From the NCBI GenBank assembly GCA_045637985.1, contig JAZUAM010000006.1, positions 10,726-74,725 of the forward strand: a stretch of 64,000 nucleotides of DNA. The letters are read 5' to 3'. Both the position numbers and the translations under genes were made by a program. This DNA is from Alphaproteobacteria bacterium (GTDB lineage Bacteria; Pseudomonadota; Alphaproteobacteria; RF32; CAG-239). The notes below the pieces were generated by a model. The model had not been told where the DNA came from and made no database searches. It saw only the letters and a program-made list of their open reading frames with translations. Position 1 is the first letter of the stretch; each line of letters begins with the position of its first letter. Shown one piece after another: positions 37,515 to 48,851 of this stretch.

Positions 37515-38192
37515 ATGTTAAAAGAAAATTTGAAAAAATGGATTAGAGAAAATGCAAATATTAAAGTTGCAGTTTTTGCGCAATCTCTTGTTCCTAATAT
37601 AAAACATAAAGTTTACGGAGTAAAGCTTCCTTTGTTGAATAAAAAGGCAAAAGAGTTAAGCTCTGAAATTGAATGTATAAAAAGAGATAGTTTAGAAGAA
37701 ATTTTATTGCAAGCATATGCTGTAGGTTGGGTTAAAGATATTGATAAACAAATTGAAGAAATTAAAAAATTTGTTCCGATAATTGATAATTGGATGGTTT
37801 GTGACAGTTTTTGTTCGGCATTAAAGTCGGCAAAAAGATATCCTGAAAAATATTGGAGTTTGTTGCTTGGATATATTCATAGTACAAATGATTATGAGCA
37901 AAGATTTGCTTATGTTATGATGTTAAAATATTTTTGTAGTAAAAAATATTTGAATAAAGCTTTGGATATACTTGTTAATGCAAAACCTCAAATTTGGGAT
38001 ACAAAGCAAGGAGTTGCATGGGCGATAACAGAATTTTTTGTTAAATTTGAAGATGAAACCAAAGAGTATTTAAAAGAACTTACGCCGGAATTATTCAAAT
38101 TAACCCGACGTAAGATATTGGATTCAAAAAGAGTTTCAGAATGTAGTAAAAAATGTATTAAAAACGAAAATCACGTTCACCTTTGCGAATGA
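37515..38192 (+). CDS. DNA alkylation repair protein (AlkD-like HEAT-repeat family)
   Basis: ...YGVKLPLLNKKAKEL...FVPIIDNWMVCDSFCSALK...RFAYVMMLKYF...GVAWAITEFFVKF matches the DNA_alkylation family pattern. ATG at 37515 with an AAGGTGG RBS. Confidence 0.7.
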   Translation: MLKENLKKWIRENANIKVAVFAQSLVPNIKHKVYGVKLPLLNKKAKELSSEIECIKRDSLEEILLQAYAVGWVKDIDKQIEEIKKFVPIIDNWMVCDSFCSALKSAKRYPEKYWSLLLGYIHSTNDYEQRFAYVMMLKYFCSKKYLNKALDILVNAKPQIWDTKQGVAWAITEFFVKFEDETKEYLKELTPELFKLTRRKILDSKRVSECSKKCIKNENHVHLCE

Positions 38193-39576
38193 GTTCAAGT
38201 CTTTTTTTACAAATATTGCGGACTTTTTCATTTGGTATTTGTTCTATTTCCATATTAATCAATTTTTCCCCAACTTCTTTGGTTTTTTCGGATGCATAGT
38301 CTTCAAGGTATTCTTGAAGAGTCATTAACGCATTAGGAAAACAGCAATTATGGATTTGCATATTTTTACACAGAGCCATAAAACGGTCGCCTGTGCGTCC
38401 TTCTCGATAACATGCTGTACAAAAACTCGGGGTATAACCTAATTGCATCAGCCAGCAAACAATTTCATCAAGTGAGCGACGATCAGTTATATCGAATTGT
38501 GCCGAATTTTGTTCTTTCGGTTCGGGGGTGGCATATCCGCCAACAGATGTTTTGCTTCCTCCGGATATTTGCGATATTCCGAGTTGTAAAACTTTTTCGC
38601 GAGTTTTTTGGCTTTCTCTGGTTGAAACAATCATTCCTGTATATGGTACGGATATTCGGATGCAAGCGACCAATTTGGCGAAAGTATCATCGTCAATTGA
38701 GTTGCTGAATTCATCAGGGTTAATGTCGTCTGCAGGACAAATTCTCGGAACGCTTATTGTATGAGGTCCGACACCATAGGTTGCTTCCAAATGTTCGGCA
38801 TGCATCAGTAATCCGGTAAATTCGTATTTATATGTTGATAATCCGTAAAGAACGCCTAGTCCTACGTCATCAATTCCGCCCTGCATTGCTCTATCCATAG
38901 CTTCTGTATGGTATGCATAATTATGTTTTGGTCCGGTAGGATGTAATTTTTCATAATTATCTTTATTGTATGTTTCTTGGAATAATATGTATGTTCCGAT
39001 GCCGGCTTCATGTAATTTACGATAGTTTTCGACTGTGGTTGCGGCAATGTTAACGTTTACTCGGCGGATTGCTCCGTTTTTGTGTTTTATTTCATATATT
39101 GTTTTTATTGATTCGAGAATATATTCAATCGGGTTGTTGATGGGATCCTCTCCAGCTTCAAGAGCCAGTCTTTTGTGTCCCATGTCTTGGAGTGCAATGA
39201 CTTCGCGTCTGATTTCTTCCTGAGACATTTTTTTTCGAGCTATATGTTTATTTTTTGCGTGATAAGGACAATAAACACAGCCATTAACGCAGTAGTTTGA
39301 TAAATAAAGAGGTGCAAATAACACTATACGATTGCCATAAAAATCATCTTTTATTTGTTTGGCTAAAGCAAAAATTTCTTCATTTTTTTCCGGAATATCA
39401 CAGTCTAAAAGTACAGCAGCTTCGCGATGTGAAAGCCCTTTGCGTAAACGAGCTTTATTTAGTATTGTGTCTATAAGAGATATGTTGTTTTTGTTATTAT
39501 TTGCGTATTCTAACGTATCCAAAATTTCTTGGTGATTGATAAATTCTTCAGCTTTAGGTGATTTTACATCATACAT
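38158..39576 (-). CDS. hydG: [FeFe]-hydrogenase H-cluster radical SAM maturase HydG
   Basis: 472 aa. Radical SAM CX3CX2C (CVNGCVYC), conserved blocks (RIVLFAPLYLSNYC, IRRVNVNIAAT, IGTYILFQETY, GVGPHTISVPR) and the HydG-specific C-terminal CX2CX22C (CTACYREGRTGDRFMALCKNMQIHNCC), which ThiH lacks. Confidence 0.85.
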   Translation of the reverse strand: MYDVKSPKAEEFINHQEILDTLEYANNNKNNISLIDTILNKARLRKGLSHREAAVLLDCDIPEKNEEIFALAKQIKDDFYGNRIVLFAPLYLSNYCVNGCVYCPYHAKNKHIARKKMSQEEIRREVIALQDMGHKRLALEAGEDPINNPIEYILESIKTIYEIKHKNGAIRRVNVNIAATTVENYRKLHEAGIGTYILFQETYNKDNYEKLHPTGPKHNYAYHTEAMDRAMQGGIDDVGLGVLYGLSTYKYEFTGLLMHAEHLEATYGVGPHTISVPRICPADDINPDEFSNSIDDDTFAKLVACIRISVPYTGMIVSTRESQKTREKVLQLGISQISGGSKTSVGGYATPEPKEQNSAQFDITDRRSLDEIVCWLMQLGYTPSFCTACYREGRTGDRFMALCKNMQIHNCCFPNALMTLQEYLEDYASEKTKEVGEKLINMEIEQIPNEKVRNICKKRLELIRKGERDFRF

Positions 39577-39717
39577 ATTATTCTTCCTTTCGTAGTATCA
39601 GTTAATTTAATCCTTATTTTAAAAAAAGATAATAAAATTTTGTTTTGTATGCACAAAATTGGTTGTAAAAAGCTTGAAAATAAGGTATTACAAGAGAAAA
39701 TGCGAGGATGATTAAAA

Positions 39718-41988
39718 ATGAAAAAAGAACTTTTGGCTCCGGCCGGAGATATTGAAGCAGGATATGCGGCACTTTATTATGGTGCTGATGCTGTTTATTT
39801 GGGATTAAAGCAATTTTCGGCTCGAGCAACAGCCAGTAATTTTACGGAAGATGAACTTTGTGAATTTACAGCATTTGCGCATTATTTGAATAAGAAAGTT
39901 TTTGTTACGATAAATACGGTTTTACAAGATTATGAATTAGATGATTTGATGAAAAATTTGGATATTTGTTGTAAAGCAGGTATTGATGCCGTTATATTGC
40001 AGGATTTAGGTGTCGCAAATATAATAAAAAAATATTATCCGACGATAGAAATGCATGCAAGTACTCAAATGGCAGTACATAATAAACAAGGAGCTATGGC
40101 TCTTAAGAGGATGGGATTTTCAAGAGTTGTTTTGGCCAGAGAACTGACACTTGCAGAAATGAAAGAGATTGCGACAATAGAAGGTTTAGAATTAGAAGTT
40201 TTTGTTCATGGTGCGTTGTGTTATTCATATAGCGGAATTTGTCAATTTTCATCATTTGTTAACGGTCGTAGTGCGAATCGGGGAAAGTGTCTTTATCCTT
40301 GCAGAAGTGAATTTTTGAAGGATGGTAAGCCGGAACATTGTTTTTCGATGAAGGATTTTGCCTTGGAGGATGATGTATTAAGTTTGCCTGTATATTCATT
40401 AAAAATTGAAGGGCGTAAAAAGAACGCGTTGTATGTGGCAGCGGTTGTTGATTATTACAGAAATATTTTGGATGGAAACGGTAAAATCAGAGAAAAAGCT
40501 CAAAATATCAAACAAATTTTTTCAAGACCATGGTGTAAATTTCATTTTAAAGGAAGAAATAAAGAAGTAACGGATAAAAAATTTGTCGGGCATAGAGGCT
40601 TGGTTATCGGTAAAGTAGAAGATATTAATTGTTGTAGAATAATATTTACAACAAATTTTAAAATTGCGAAGCATGATGGTATTCAAATAGACGTTGATGG
40701 TATGGAAAAACCTTATGGATTTTCTTTGCAAAATTTTAAGGTGAAGGGAAAATCGGTTTGGGAGGCAAAACCAGGTGATAAAGTTGATGTGATGTTGCCG
40801 ACCAAAATAAATGGGGTAAAAAAAGGTGATTTGATATATTTGTCCTCTTCATCAGAGGTTAAGGGAGCTTATGGGTATTCTAAACCTAAACCTAAGGAAT
40901 TTATGCCGCGAATCGATATAGATGTCAGTGTGTATGTTGCCAAAAATAAGATAGAGGCAAAAGTATTAAATTGGAATGTCGAAAGCTTGGGGCGTTTTGA
41001 TAAAGCTACTTATATTGAGCGGGTCGGGCAAACGATTAAAGATGTTTTTGCAAAAACAGGAAATACAAATTTTTCTTTGAAAACCATACAAATATATAAT
41101 TCGGAAAGTTTGTTTGTCCCTGTTTCGGTATTAAATGATTTACGCAGAAAATTATATGAAAAAATTGTTTATGAAGAGATTTCTACTCAAAGGGACATTA
41201 TTCCGGTAAGAACAATTTTTAATAATCCCAAATGGATTGTAAAAGTTGATGATATAAAAAAGACAAAATGTATTGATTTTGAGAATTTAGAAGAAATTAT
41301 TTTTCTTATTACTCCGGAAACAGATATGGCAGATGTTGCACAACTTCCAAGAAATAAAGTTAGAATTGCGTTGCCTGCGGTTTGTCGAAATACGGGAGAT
41401 TTTAGGCCAATAATAACTAAGCTTCTTAATGCCGGCTATAAAAAATGGGAAATTTCTAATTATTGGGGATTAGAAATGTTACCGGTTAAAAAGGTAGATT
41501 TGTCGTTTGATAATTTAGTGTACACGCTTAACTCTGAGTCCGTAGAAATGGTTTGCAAATGTGGTGGAAATAGGGTTACTTTGGCTGTTGAAGATACGTT
41601 TTCAAATATAAAAAATATGGCAATGATTTCTTCTTTACCTGTAGCAATGGTTGTTTATCAAGATGTTCCTTTGTTTACTTCTGCGGTTTGTATCAGAGAT
41701 AACTTATGTAAAGATTGTAACAGAGAAAAGAAGTGGATTAAATTGGAGCAAAATGGAAAAGTATATGAAGCATTATCCGAAAATTGTCAGTTAATGTTGT
41801 TTGACAAGAGAGCATATTGTGTTGCATCAGAGGCAAAAAATGTAAAAGCTGATTTTTATAGGGCGGATTTTGTGTATAAAGATTATACAGCGGAAGATGT
41901 TGTTGCGATTTTGGCAAAGTTAATGAATTTTGAGGATATAAATCAAACTCAAAAAGGAAATATATCCAGACGGAATGAAAATTTTTAG
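39718..41988 (+). CDS. Long U32-family protein (peptidase U32 / Fe-S hydroxylase-like) with an extended C-terminal region
   Basis: MKKELLAPAGDIEAGYAALYYGADAVYLG... is the U32 N-terminus, and the Cys cluster CYSYSGICQFSS...RGKCLYPC is typical of 4Fe-4S-binding U32 members. 756 aa. Confidence 0.8.
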   Translation: MKKELLAPAGDIEAGYAALYYGADAVYLGLKQFSARATASNFTEDELCEFTAFAHYLNKKVFVTINTVLQDYELDDLMKNLDICCKAGIDAVILQDLGVANIIKKYYPTIEMHASTQMAVHNKQGAMALKRMGFSRVVLARELTLAEMKEIATIEGLELEVFVHGALCYSYSGICQFSSFVNGRSANRGKCLYPCRSEFLKDGKPEHCFSMKDFALEDDVLSLPVYSLKIEGRKKNALYVAAVVDYYRNILDGNGKIREKAQNIKQIFSRPWCKFHFKGRNKEVTDKKFVGHRGLVIGKVEDINCCRIIFTTNFKIAKHDGIQIDVDGMEKPYGFSLQNFKVKGKSVWEAKPGDKVDVMLPTKINGVKKGDLIYLSSSSEVKGAYGYSKPKPKEFMPRIDIDVSVYVAKNKIEAKVLNWNVESLGRFDKATYIERVGQTIKDVFAKTGNTNFSLKTIQIYNSESLFVPVSVLNDLRRKLYEKIVYEEISTQRDIIPVRTIFNNPKWIVKVDDIKKTKCIDFENLEEIIFLITPETDMADVAQLPRNKVRIALPAVCRNTGDFRPIITKLLNAGYKKWEISNYWGLEMLPVKKVDLSFDNLVYTLNSESVEMVCKCGGNRVTLAVEDTFSNIKNMAMISSLPVAMVVYQDVPLFTSAVCIRDNLCKDCNREKKWIKLEQNGKVYEALSENCQLMLFDKRAYCVASEAKNVKADFYRADFVYKDYTAEDVVAILAKLMNFEDINQTQKGNISRRNENF

Positions 41989-42024
41989 ATTAAAACAAAT
42001 ATAGTTTTGTTTTTATATTCATAT

Positions 42025-42054
42025 TCATATTCATATTTGTATTTGTTGCAAACG
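42025..42054. repeat. Hexanucleotide microsatellite (ATATTC)3 plus two degenerate units
   Basis: ATATTC ATATTC ATATTC ATATTT GTATTT, read directly between the convergent U32 and pgpA gene ends. Confidence 0.85.
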
Positions 42055-42070
42055 TGTTTTTTCTGTTTAA

Positions 42071-42553
42071 TTATCTGAAAAAGCCAAAAGAAAACAGAAT
42101 GTAAAGAATTAATGCAGAATATACTCCGGCGATTACGTCATCGAGCATAACACCCCAAGCATTGGTTATTTTTTTGTCGGCCCAACGTACAGGTTGTGGT
42201 TTAAATATATCAAAAATACGAAAAAGGATAAAACCGATAATGTATATCGGCCATGATTTCGGATTGTTTTGAAGATATGGGGCAACAGCAACAAATGTTG
42301 TAAGCTGGCCGGCAACTTCATCAATTACGATAAATCCCGGATCATGAGGGGTGTAGCGAAGCACTTCACAAGTTGAAATAACTCCGGCAATGAACGAAAC
42401 AACAATACCGGCAATTATTCCCCATATTCCATAAAAATAAGCTAAAACAAAAGCTAAAGGAAGCGTTGCCAGCGAGCCAACGGTTCCCGGAGCTATTTTT
42501 GAGTACCCTAATCCCAGATATGATGCAATCCAAAAAGATATATTTTTTTTCAT
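42071..42553 (-). CDS. pgpA: Phosphatidylglycerophosphatase A
   Basis: MKKNISFWIASYLGLGYSKIAPGTVGSLATLP... and ...IVIDEVAGQ...FRIFDIFKP are PgpA signatures. Internal ATG at 42553 (GGAG RBS) preferred over the long ORF start at 42694. Confidence 0.85.
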   Translation of the reverse strand: MKKNISFWIASYLGLGYSKIAPGTVGSLATLPLAFVLAYFYGIWGIIAGIVVSFIAGVISTCEVLRYTPHDPGFIVIDEVAGQLTTFVAVAPYLQNNPKSWPIYIIGFILFRIFDIFKPQPVRWADKKITNAWGVMLDDVIAGVYSALILYILFSFGFFR

Positions 42554-42716
42554 TTCAATCTCCATTTTTACGTTATTTATTAGCATAAAAAACAATATTT
42601 TGAAGAATATTGTTACAGTTGATAACAGTAAAAATGGTGCTTGAAAAATGGATAAATTTTGATAATACTGATAGTGTTGTATAAAATTAAACATAACTAT
42701 TTTTCAGAAAAGGTGT

Positions 42717-44024
42717 ATGACAATGAAAATAGGAATTATCGGAACCGGATATGTCGGTTTGCCTACAGGTGTAGGTTTTGCAGAGCTTGGAAATCAAGTT
42801 GTTTGCATTGATAAAGATAGTGATAAAATAAGTTCTTTGAGTTCGGGAAAATTGACAATTTTTGAAGATGGATTAGAAGAACTTTTTAAGAAAAATGTTC
42901 AAAATAAGAGATTGCAGTTTACCACATCAATGAAAAATGGTGTGCAAGGTGCTGATATTGTGATTATTGCAGTCGGTACGCCACCTCATCCTGTTACAAA
43001 AGAAGCTGATATGAAATATATACATGCTGCAGCGGAAGAATTGGCTGAGTATTTGGACGGGTATACCGTTGTAGCAAATAAATCTACTGTTCCGGTCGGT
43101 ACAGGTGATGAAGTAGAGAAAATTATAAAGGAAAAGAATCCTCAGGCCAGTTTTGATGTAGTATCGTTGCCGGAGTTTTTAAGGGAAGGCTTTGCCGTTC
43201 ATGATTTTTTTGCGCCGGACAGGATAGTTATTGGTGCTAACAGCGAAAAAGCAAAAGCTTTAGTTGGTGAATTATATAAACCTTTTATCGGTAAGACGGA
43301 AATGTTGTTTGTTAACAGAAGGTCATCAGAAACGATAAAATATGCATCAAATGCGTTTTTGGCTATGAAAATTCATTATATAAATGAAATGGCAGATTTT
43401 TGCGAAAAAGCAGGAGCGGATGTTTTTGAAGTAGCTAAGGGAATGGGGTTAGATAACAGAATAGGAAGTCGTTTTTTGAATCCGGGGCCGGGATATGGCG
43501 GAAGTTGTTTTCCTAAGGATACAAATGCAATGGCATGTATGGGGAAAAAATATGGAACTCCGATGTCTTTGATAGAGACGGCAATCAGGGGAAATGATTT
43601 TCGTAAAACAAAAATGGCTCATAGAATCTTGAAAGTTGTTGAAGGAAAATCGTCTGCTAAAATAGCTGTTTGGGGGTTGGCTTTTAAAAATGGTACGGAT
43701 GATGTCAGAGAATCGCCGGCAATGCAAATTGTTGAACAAATGTTAAATAATGGAGCTAAGCTCTCTGTTTTTGATCCTAAAGCAATTGATAATGCTAAAA
43801 AAATATTGGGCGATAAGGTTGAGTATGCTGCCTCGGCATTGGATGCGGCGAAAGATGCTGATGTGTTGGCAATATTAACTGAATGGTCTGAATTTTCTGA
43901 TGTTAATTTAACGGAATTAAAAAGTATAATGCGATTGCCTAAGATTGTAGATTTGCGCAACATGTTGAAAATGAAGTGTCCTGAGAAACAAGGATTTGAT
44001 TATCAATGTATAGGAATGTGTTAG
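42717..44024 (+). CDS. ugd: UDP-glucose 6-dehydrogenase
   Basis: MKIGIIGTGYVGL Rossmann N-terminus and catalytic GGSCFPKD motif. 435 aa. Confidence 0.9.
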   Translation: MTMKIGIIGTGYVGLPTGVGFAELGNQVVCIDKDSDKISSLSSGKLTIFEDGLEELFKKNVQNKRLQFTTSMKNGVQGADIVIIAVGTPPHPVTKEADMKYIHAAAEELAEYLDGYTVVANKSTVPVGTGDEVEKIIKEKNPQASFDVVSLPEFLREGFAVHDFFAPDRIVIGANSEKAKALVGELYKPFIGKTEMLFVNRRSSETIKYASNAFLAMKIHYINEMADFCEKAGADVFEVAKGMGLDNRIGSRFLNPGPGYGGSCFPKDTNAMACMGKKYGTPMSLIETAIRGNDFRKTKMAHRILKVVEGKSSAKIAVWGLAFKNGTDDVRESPAMQIVEQMLNNGAKLSVFDPKAIDNAKKILGDKVEYAASALDAAKDADVLAILTEWSEFSDVNLTELKSIMRLPKIVDLRNMLKMKCPEKQGFDYQCIGMC

Positions 44025-44032
44025 GCGTATTA

Positions 44033-44066
44033 AATAAAACCTGCTTTTGAAAGCAGGTTTTATTTT
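44033..44066. terminator. Bidirectional terminator between ugd and the histidine phosphatase gene
   Basis: Long stem AATAAAACCTGCTTT / AAAGCAGGTTTTATT (44033-44064) between convergent genes. Confidence 0.75.
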
Positions 44067-44082
44067 GGAAATTGCAAAAATG

Positions 44083-44676
44083 TTAATGAATAAAATCATT
44101 ATATAACCAGCTAGGGTGATTGTAGGAGATGTGTAATATTGAGCCATTAGAAATATTTGTGTACTTATATCCCAAATGTTGCAGTATTTGTGATATTGCA
44201 ATGCCATGGGATGATATTCCGATATTTTGATAGGTTGTTTTGGTGGCGTAGTAGTTGAGACCGTTGATAATACGATTACGGACTTCTTGTTTGGTTTCGC
44301 CTCCGGTAAAACGAGTATTTCCGTTTGTGTCTGTTCGCCATTGATTATACAAATTTTGATATTCTTTTTCGACTATTGAAATGTGCATTCCTTCAATAAT
44401 TCCCATATTTACTTCAATGAAACGGTGGTCAATCAATATTGGTACTTGAAGCAAAGATGAAACTATCTTGGCTGTTTGGATAGTTCTTTTTAATGGACTG
44501 GATATTATAATTTCAATTTGTTTATCTTTTAATTTTTTGGCAGTGTGGAGTGCTTGTTTTTTTCCTCTGGCGGTTAAAATTCCGTCAAAACGTTGTCCTT
44601 GTATGTGATCAGATATATTAAGAGGACATTCTCCGTGACGAAAAATATAAAAATGTTTTGTCATATTGTTTCCCAT
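44083..44676 (-). CDS. Histidine phosphatase family protein (phosphoglycerate mutase-like)
   Basis: FYIFRHGE catalytic RHG motif, ...SSPLKRTIQTA..., late SSHG. The start could be 44676 or 44664. Confidence 0.8.
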   Translation of the reverse strand: MGNNMTKHFYIFRHGECPLNISDHIQGQRFDGILTARGKKQALHTAKKLKDKQIEIIISSPLKRTIQTAKIVSSLLQVPILIDHRFIEVNMGIIEGMHISIVEKEYQNLYNQWRTDTNGNTRFTGGETKQEVRNRIINGLNYYATKTTYQNIGISSHGIAISQILQHLGYKYTNISNGSILHISYNHPSWLYNDFIH

Positions 44677-44791
44677 GCTTTTCTTTATATATAGATAGCA
44701 AATATTGTTATTTAAGCAGATATAATTGATGCAAAATATAAAAAAAAGTCTATAATTACTCCAAATTTTAATGTGATGAGGAGTTGTTATT

Positions 44792-45775
44792 ATGCAAAAA
44801 ATTGTACCGGCAAGATTGCAAAAAGGTGATGAAATCAGAGTTATTGCACCGGCAACAGGACTGAAAATAATTGGTCATGATTGTCGTGAAATTGCTAAAG
44901 AGCGTTTTGAAGCTATGGGCTTGAAAGTAAGTTTTGCAACTAACACAACTGATGAAAATTTTGATATGTTTGCTTCAACTGATATTAAAAAAAGAGCCGA
45001 TGATGTTATGGAGGCTTTTTTAGATAAAAATGTAAAAGCAATTTTTACGATATTGGGAGGATTTAATTCAAATCAGATTTTGCCTTTTTTGGACTATGAG
45101 GTAATTAAAAACAATCCTAAAATTTTGTGTGGTTACTCTGATATTACGGCTTTGTTGTCGGCAATAGAGGTTAAGACCGGTTTGGTTACTTTTTATGGTC
45201 CTCACTACAGTTCAATCGGTATGAAAAAGGGAAATGAGTATACTTTGGAAATGTTGAATAATGTTTTGTTTAACGGAGAAAGCGAGTTAAAAGTATCTGA
45301 TGAATGGAGTGATGATTTGTGGTTTATTGATCAAGAGAATCGAAACTTTATCGAAAATGAGGGGTGGTGGGTGTTGCAAGAAGGTAATGCCAAAGGCGAA
45401 TTAAAAGGCGGAAATTTGAGTACATTGATTTTACTTAACGGAACTTCTTATCAGCCATATTTTGCCCAAGATACAATTCTTATGGTAGAAGAATGTAATT
45501 ATTCAAGCGCAGATGATAAAGAATTTTTGCGTCAGCTTCAAGCTTTGGCTCAAAGAGAGGATTTTGTTAATGTTAAGGCTGTTCTTATCGGTCGTTTTCA
45601 AAAGGCTTCGGATATGCCAAGAGAAAAATTAGAATTTATTGTTAACAGTATTCCACAATTAAGAAATTTGCCGATTATTGCGAATCTTGATTTCGGGCAT
45701 ACAACTCCGATTGCTACATTGCCAATCGGGGGTGAATGTGAGATAAATAACGGAAAAATTAAAGTTTGGTGGTAA
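44792..45775 (+). CDS. LD-carboxypeptidase / MccF-like peptidase S66, copy 2
   Basis: 327 aa. LQKGDEIRVIAPA..., nucleophile motif CGYSDITAL, late E...H (MVEECN...DFGHTTP). Confidence 0.75.
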   Translation: MQKIVPARLQKGDEIRVIAPATGLKIIGHDCREIAKERFEAMGLKVSFATNTTDENFDMFASTDIKKRADDVMEAFLDKNVKAIFTILGGFNSNQILPFLDYEVIKNNPKILCGYSDITALLSAIEVKTGLVTFYGPHYSSIGMKKGNEYTLEMLNNVLFNGESELKVSDEWSDDLWFIDQENRNFIENEGWWVLQEGNAKGELKGGNLSTLILLNGTSYQPYFAQDTILMVEECNYSSADDKEFLRQLQALAQREDFVNVKAVLIGRFQKASDMPREKLEFIVNSIPQLRNLPIIANLDFGHTTPIATLPIGGECEINNGKIKVWW

Positions 45776-45778
45776 AAG

Positions 45779-46414
45779 ATGCCTTCGTTTGAATTTGAGG
45801 ATAAAATTAGCGGTAAAGTTGCAGGAATTGATGAGGCCGGTCGTGGTCCGTGGGCAGGACCGGTGGTGGCCGGTGCGGCGGTGTTTTTGGAAAGGAATGT
45901 TGATGAGTTTTTGTTGAAAAATTTAGATGATTCCAAAAAATTGAGCGCCAAAAAAAGAGAAGCGTTGTATGAAAAATTGATTGAAGCAAATAAAAAAGGA
46001 CAAGTTTTAATCGGAATCGGTGAAGCATCAGTCGAAGAAATTGATAAGCTGAATATTTTACAGGCGACTTTTTTGGCAATGAAAAGAGCAAAAGAGGCTT
46101 TGGGTGTTAATCCTGATTTTGTGCTTGTTGACGGAAACCAAAAACCGCAAGGAATCGGTTGTGAGTGTGCAACTTTGGTTAAAGGTGATGCAAAATCTTA
46201 TTCGATTGCGGCCGCATCGATATTGGCAAAAGTGTATCGTGACAGGCTGATGAAAGATTTGGCGGAAAAGTATCCTTATTATGCTTTTGAAAAAAATGCC
46301 GGTTATGGTACGAAAGCACATATAGAAGGAATTAATAATTATGGAATTGTTTCAGGTGTGCATCGAGAAACATATAAGCCTGTACGTGATGCAATTTTGA
46401 AAAAAATAGCTTAG
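45779..46414 (+). CDS. rnhB: Ribonuclease HII
   Basis: AGIDEAGRGPWAGPVV..., DDSKKLS, ...VDGN... are RNase HII catalytic motifs. Starts 3 nt after the upstream stop. Confidence 0.93.
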   Translation: MPSFEFEDKISGKVAGIDEAGRGPWAGPVVAGAAVFLERNVDEFLLKNLDDSKKLSAKKREALYEKLIEANKKGQVLIGIGEASVEEIDKLNILQATFLAMKRAKEALGVNPDFVLVDGNQKPQGIGCECATLVKGDAKSYSIAAASILAKVYRDRLMKDLAEKYPYYAFEKNAGYGTKAHIEGINNYGIVSGVHRETYKPVRDAILKKIA

Positions 46415-46487
46415 TTATTGAAATAGTGAATTTTTGTTTTTTAATTTTTTTAAGTCATCTTGTTAATAAATTTCTAACTATCTTTAA

Positions 46488-47624
<1,137 letters not shown>

Positions 47625-47714
47625 TCTAAATATAAAAAATATGTTGTGCATAATGTAAACTTGGGCTATATTGGTTCCAAGTTTATTTTTTTAGAAACAA
47701 AAGTTTTAAAATAT

Positions 47715-48851
47715 ATGAGTAAGTGGCAGGAAAAGAATAATAAAGCTGCAACTAAAGGTGTAGTTGATAAGTCAGCACAACAAGTCAGTAGTGATAATTA
47801 TGCAGCTATTGATTTGGGTACGAATTCGTGTCGGCTAGTAATAGCGATACCAACTCCTTCGTCTTTTCGAATCGTTGAAACATTTTCCAAAATAACACGT
47901 TTGGGGGAAGGAATTATAAATAATAATGAGTTATCTCATACGGCAATTCGGAGAACTGTAAATGCATTGCGTGTTTGTGCGGGGGTCTTGGAAGAATATG
48001 CTCCGATTAAAAGAGCCAGATTTGTTGCAACAGCAGCGTGTCGTCGTGCTAAAAATTGTCGTTATTTTTTAGATTTGGTAAAAAAAGAAACGGGATTAAA
48101 CATCGAGATAATTTCTTCGCAAGAAGAGGCCAGATTGGCTGTGGTAGGGTGTGTTCCTTTGTTGAACAGAAATATAAAAAGAGCTTTGGTTTTTGATATA
48201 GGCGGAGGATCAACAGAGGTTTCGCTTGCCAGAATGACAAATTCTGGTCGGACTATTATTGAGGGTTTTGTTTCGTTGCCATATGGGGTTGTTACGGTTT
48301 CGGAAGCTTTTCCGAATCGAGATATGACGGAATTGGCTTATAGCACTATAATTGATCGCACCCATAAAATATTAGCGGAGTTTGAGGAAAAATATCATAT
48401 AGCAGAAGCAATCAGTAATCAAGAAATTCAGGTTTTGGGAACCTCCGGTACGGTTACTGTTTTAGGAGCAATTCATCTTAATTTGCCACGCTATAACCGA
48501 TCGGCCGTTGATGGTTTAGCTCTTGGTGTGCAAGATGTTGAGAAAACAATCGCTAAGATTAAACGAATGGGAGATGAGGGGCGTAAAAAACATGCTTGTA
48601 TCGGGATGCAGAAAGCTGATTTGACGATTGCCGGATGTGCAATTATTGAAGGTTTGTTATCTTTTTGGAATATTTCAGAAATTACGATTGCTGATCGGGG
48701 AATCCGAGAAGGTATTTTATTAGATATGATGCACGCCGGAAAACAAGAAAAAAGAAATAAAAAAGGATTTCGTCCAAGGTATCCGTTTAGTAAGAAATCA
48801 CGCAAATATTTTAATAATAACCAAAAAAATAGGGAAGTTGTTAATGACTAA
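47715..48851 (+). CDS. Ppx/GppA-family phosphatase, copy 1 (short form with a basic C-terminal tail)
   Basis: AAIDLGTNSCRLVIA..., DIGGGSTEV, GTSGTVT actin-like ATPase-fold motifs of Ppx/GppA. The tail is K/R-rich. ATG at 47715 preferred. Confidence 0.8.
   Translation: MSKWQEKNNKAATKGVVDKSAQQVSSDNYAAIDLGTNSCRLVIAIPTPSSFRIVETFSKITRLGEGIINNNELSHTAIRRTVNALRVCAGVLEEYAPIKRARFVATAACRRAKNCRYFLDLVKKETGLNIEIISSQEEARLAVVGCVPLLNRNIKRALVFDIGGGSTEVSLARMTNSGRTIIEGFVSLPYGVVTVSEAFPNRDMTELAYSTIIDRTHKILAEFEEKYHIAEAISNQEIQVLGTSGTVTVLGAIHLNLPRYNRSAVDGLALGVQDVEKTIAKIKRMGDEGRKKHACIGMQKADLTIAGCAIIEGLLSFWNISEITIADRGIREGILLDMMHAGKQEKRNKKGFRPRYPFSKKSRKYFNNNQKNREVVND

Noticed and set aside
42025-42054. Hexanucleotide microsatellite as a phase-variation switch
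   Set aside because: It lies between the 3' ends of two convergent genes, so length changes would affect neither a promoter nor a reading frame. It is recorded as a repeat only.
46463-46478. CtrA-box-like TTAA-N7-CTAAC upstream of ccrM, and a GAGTC (GANTC) site at 46556-46560 just inside the gene
   Set aside because: It is a single imperfect match in an AT-rich spacer where TTAA-N7-TAA patterns arise easily. I saw no GANTC in the promoter region itself. That is not enough to claim Caulobacter-style cell-cycle control.
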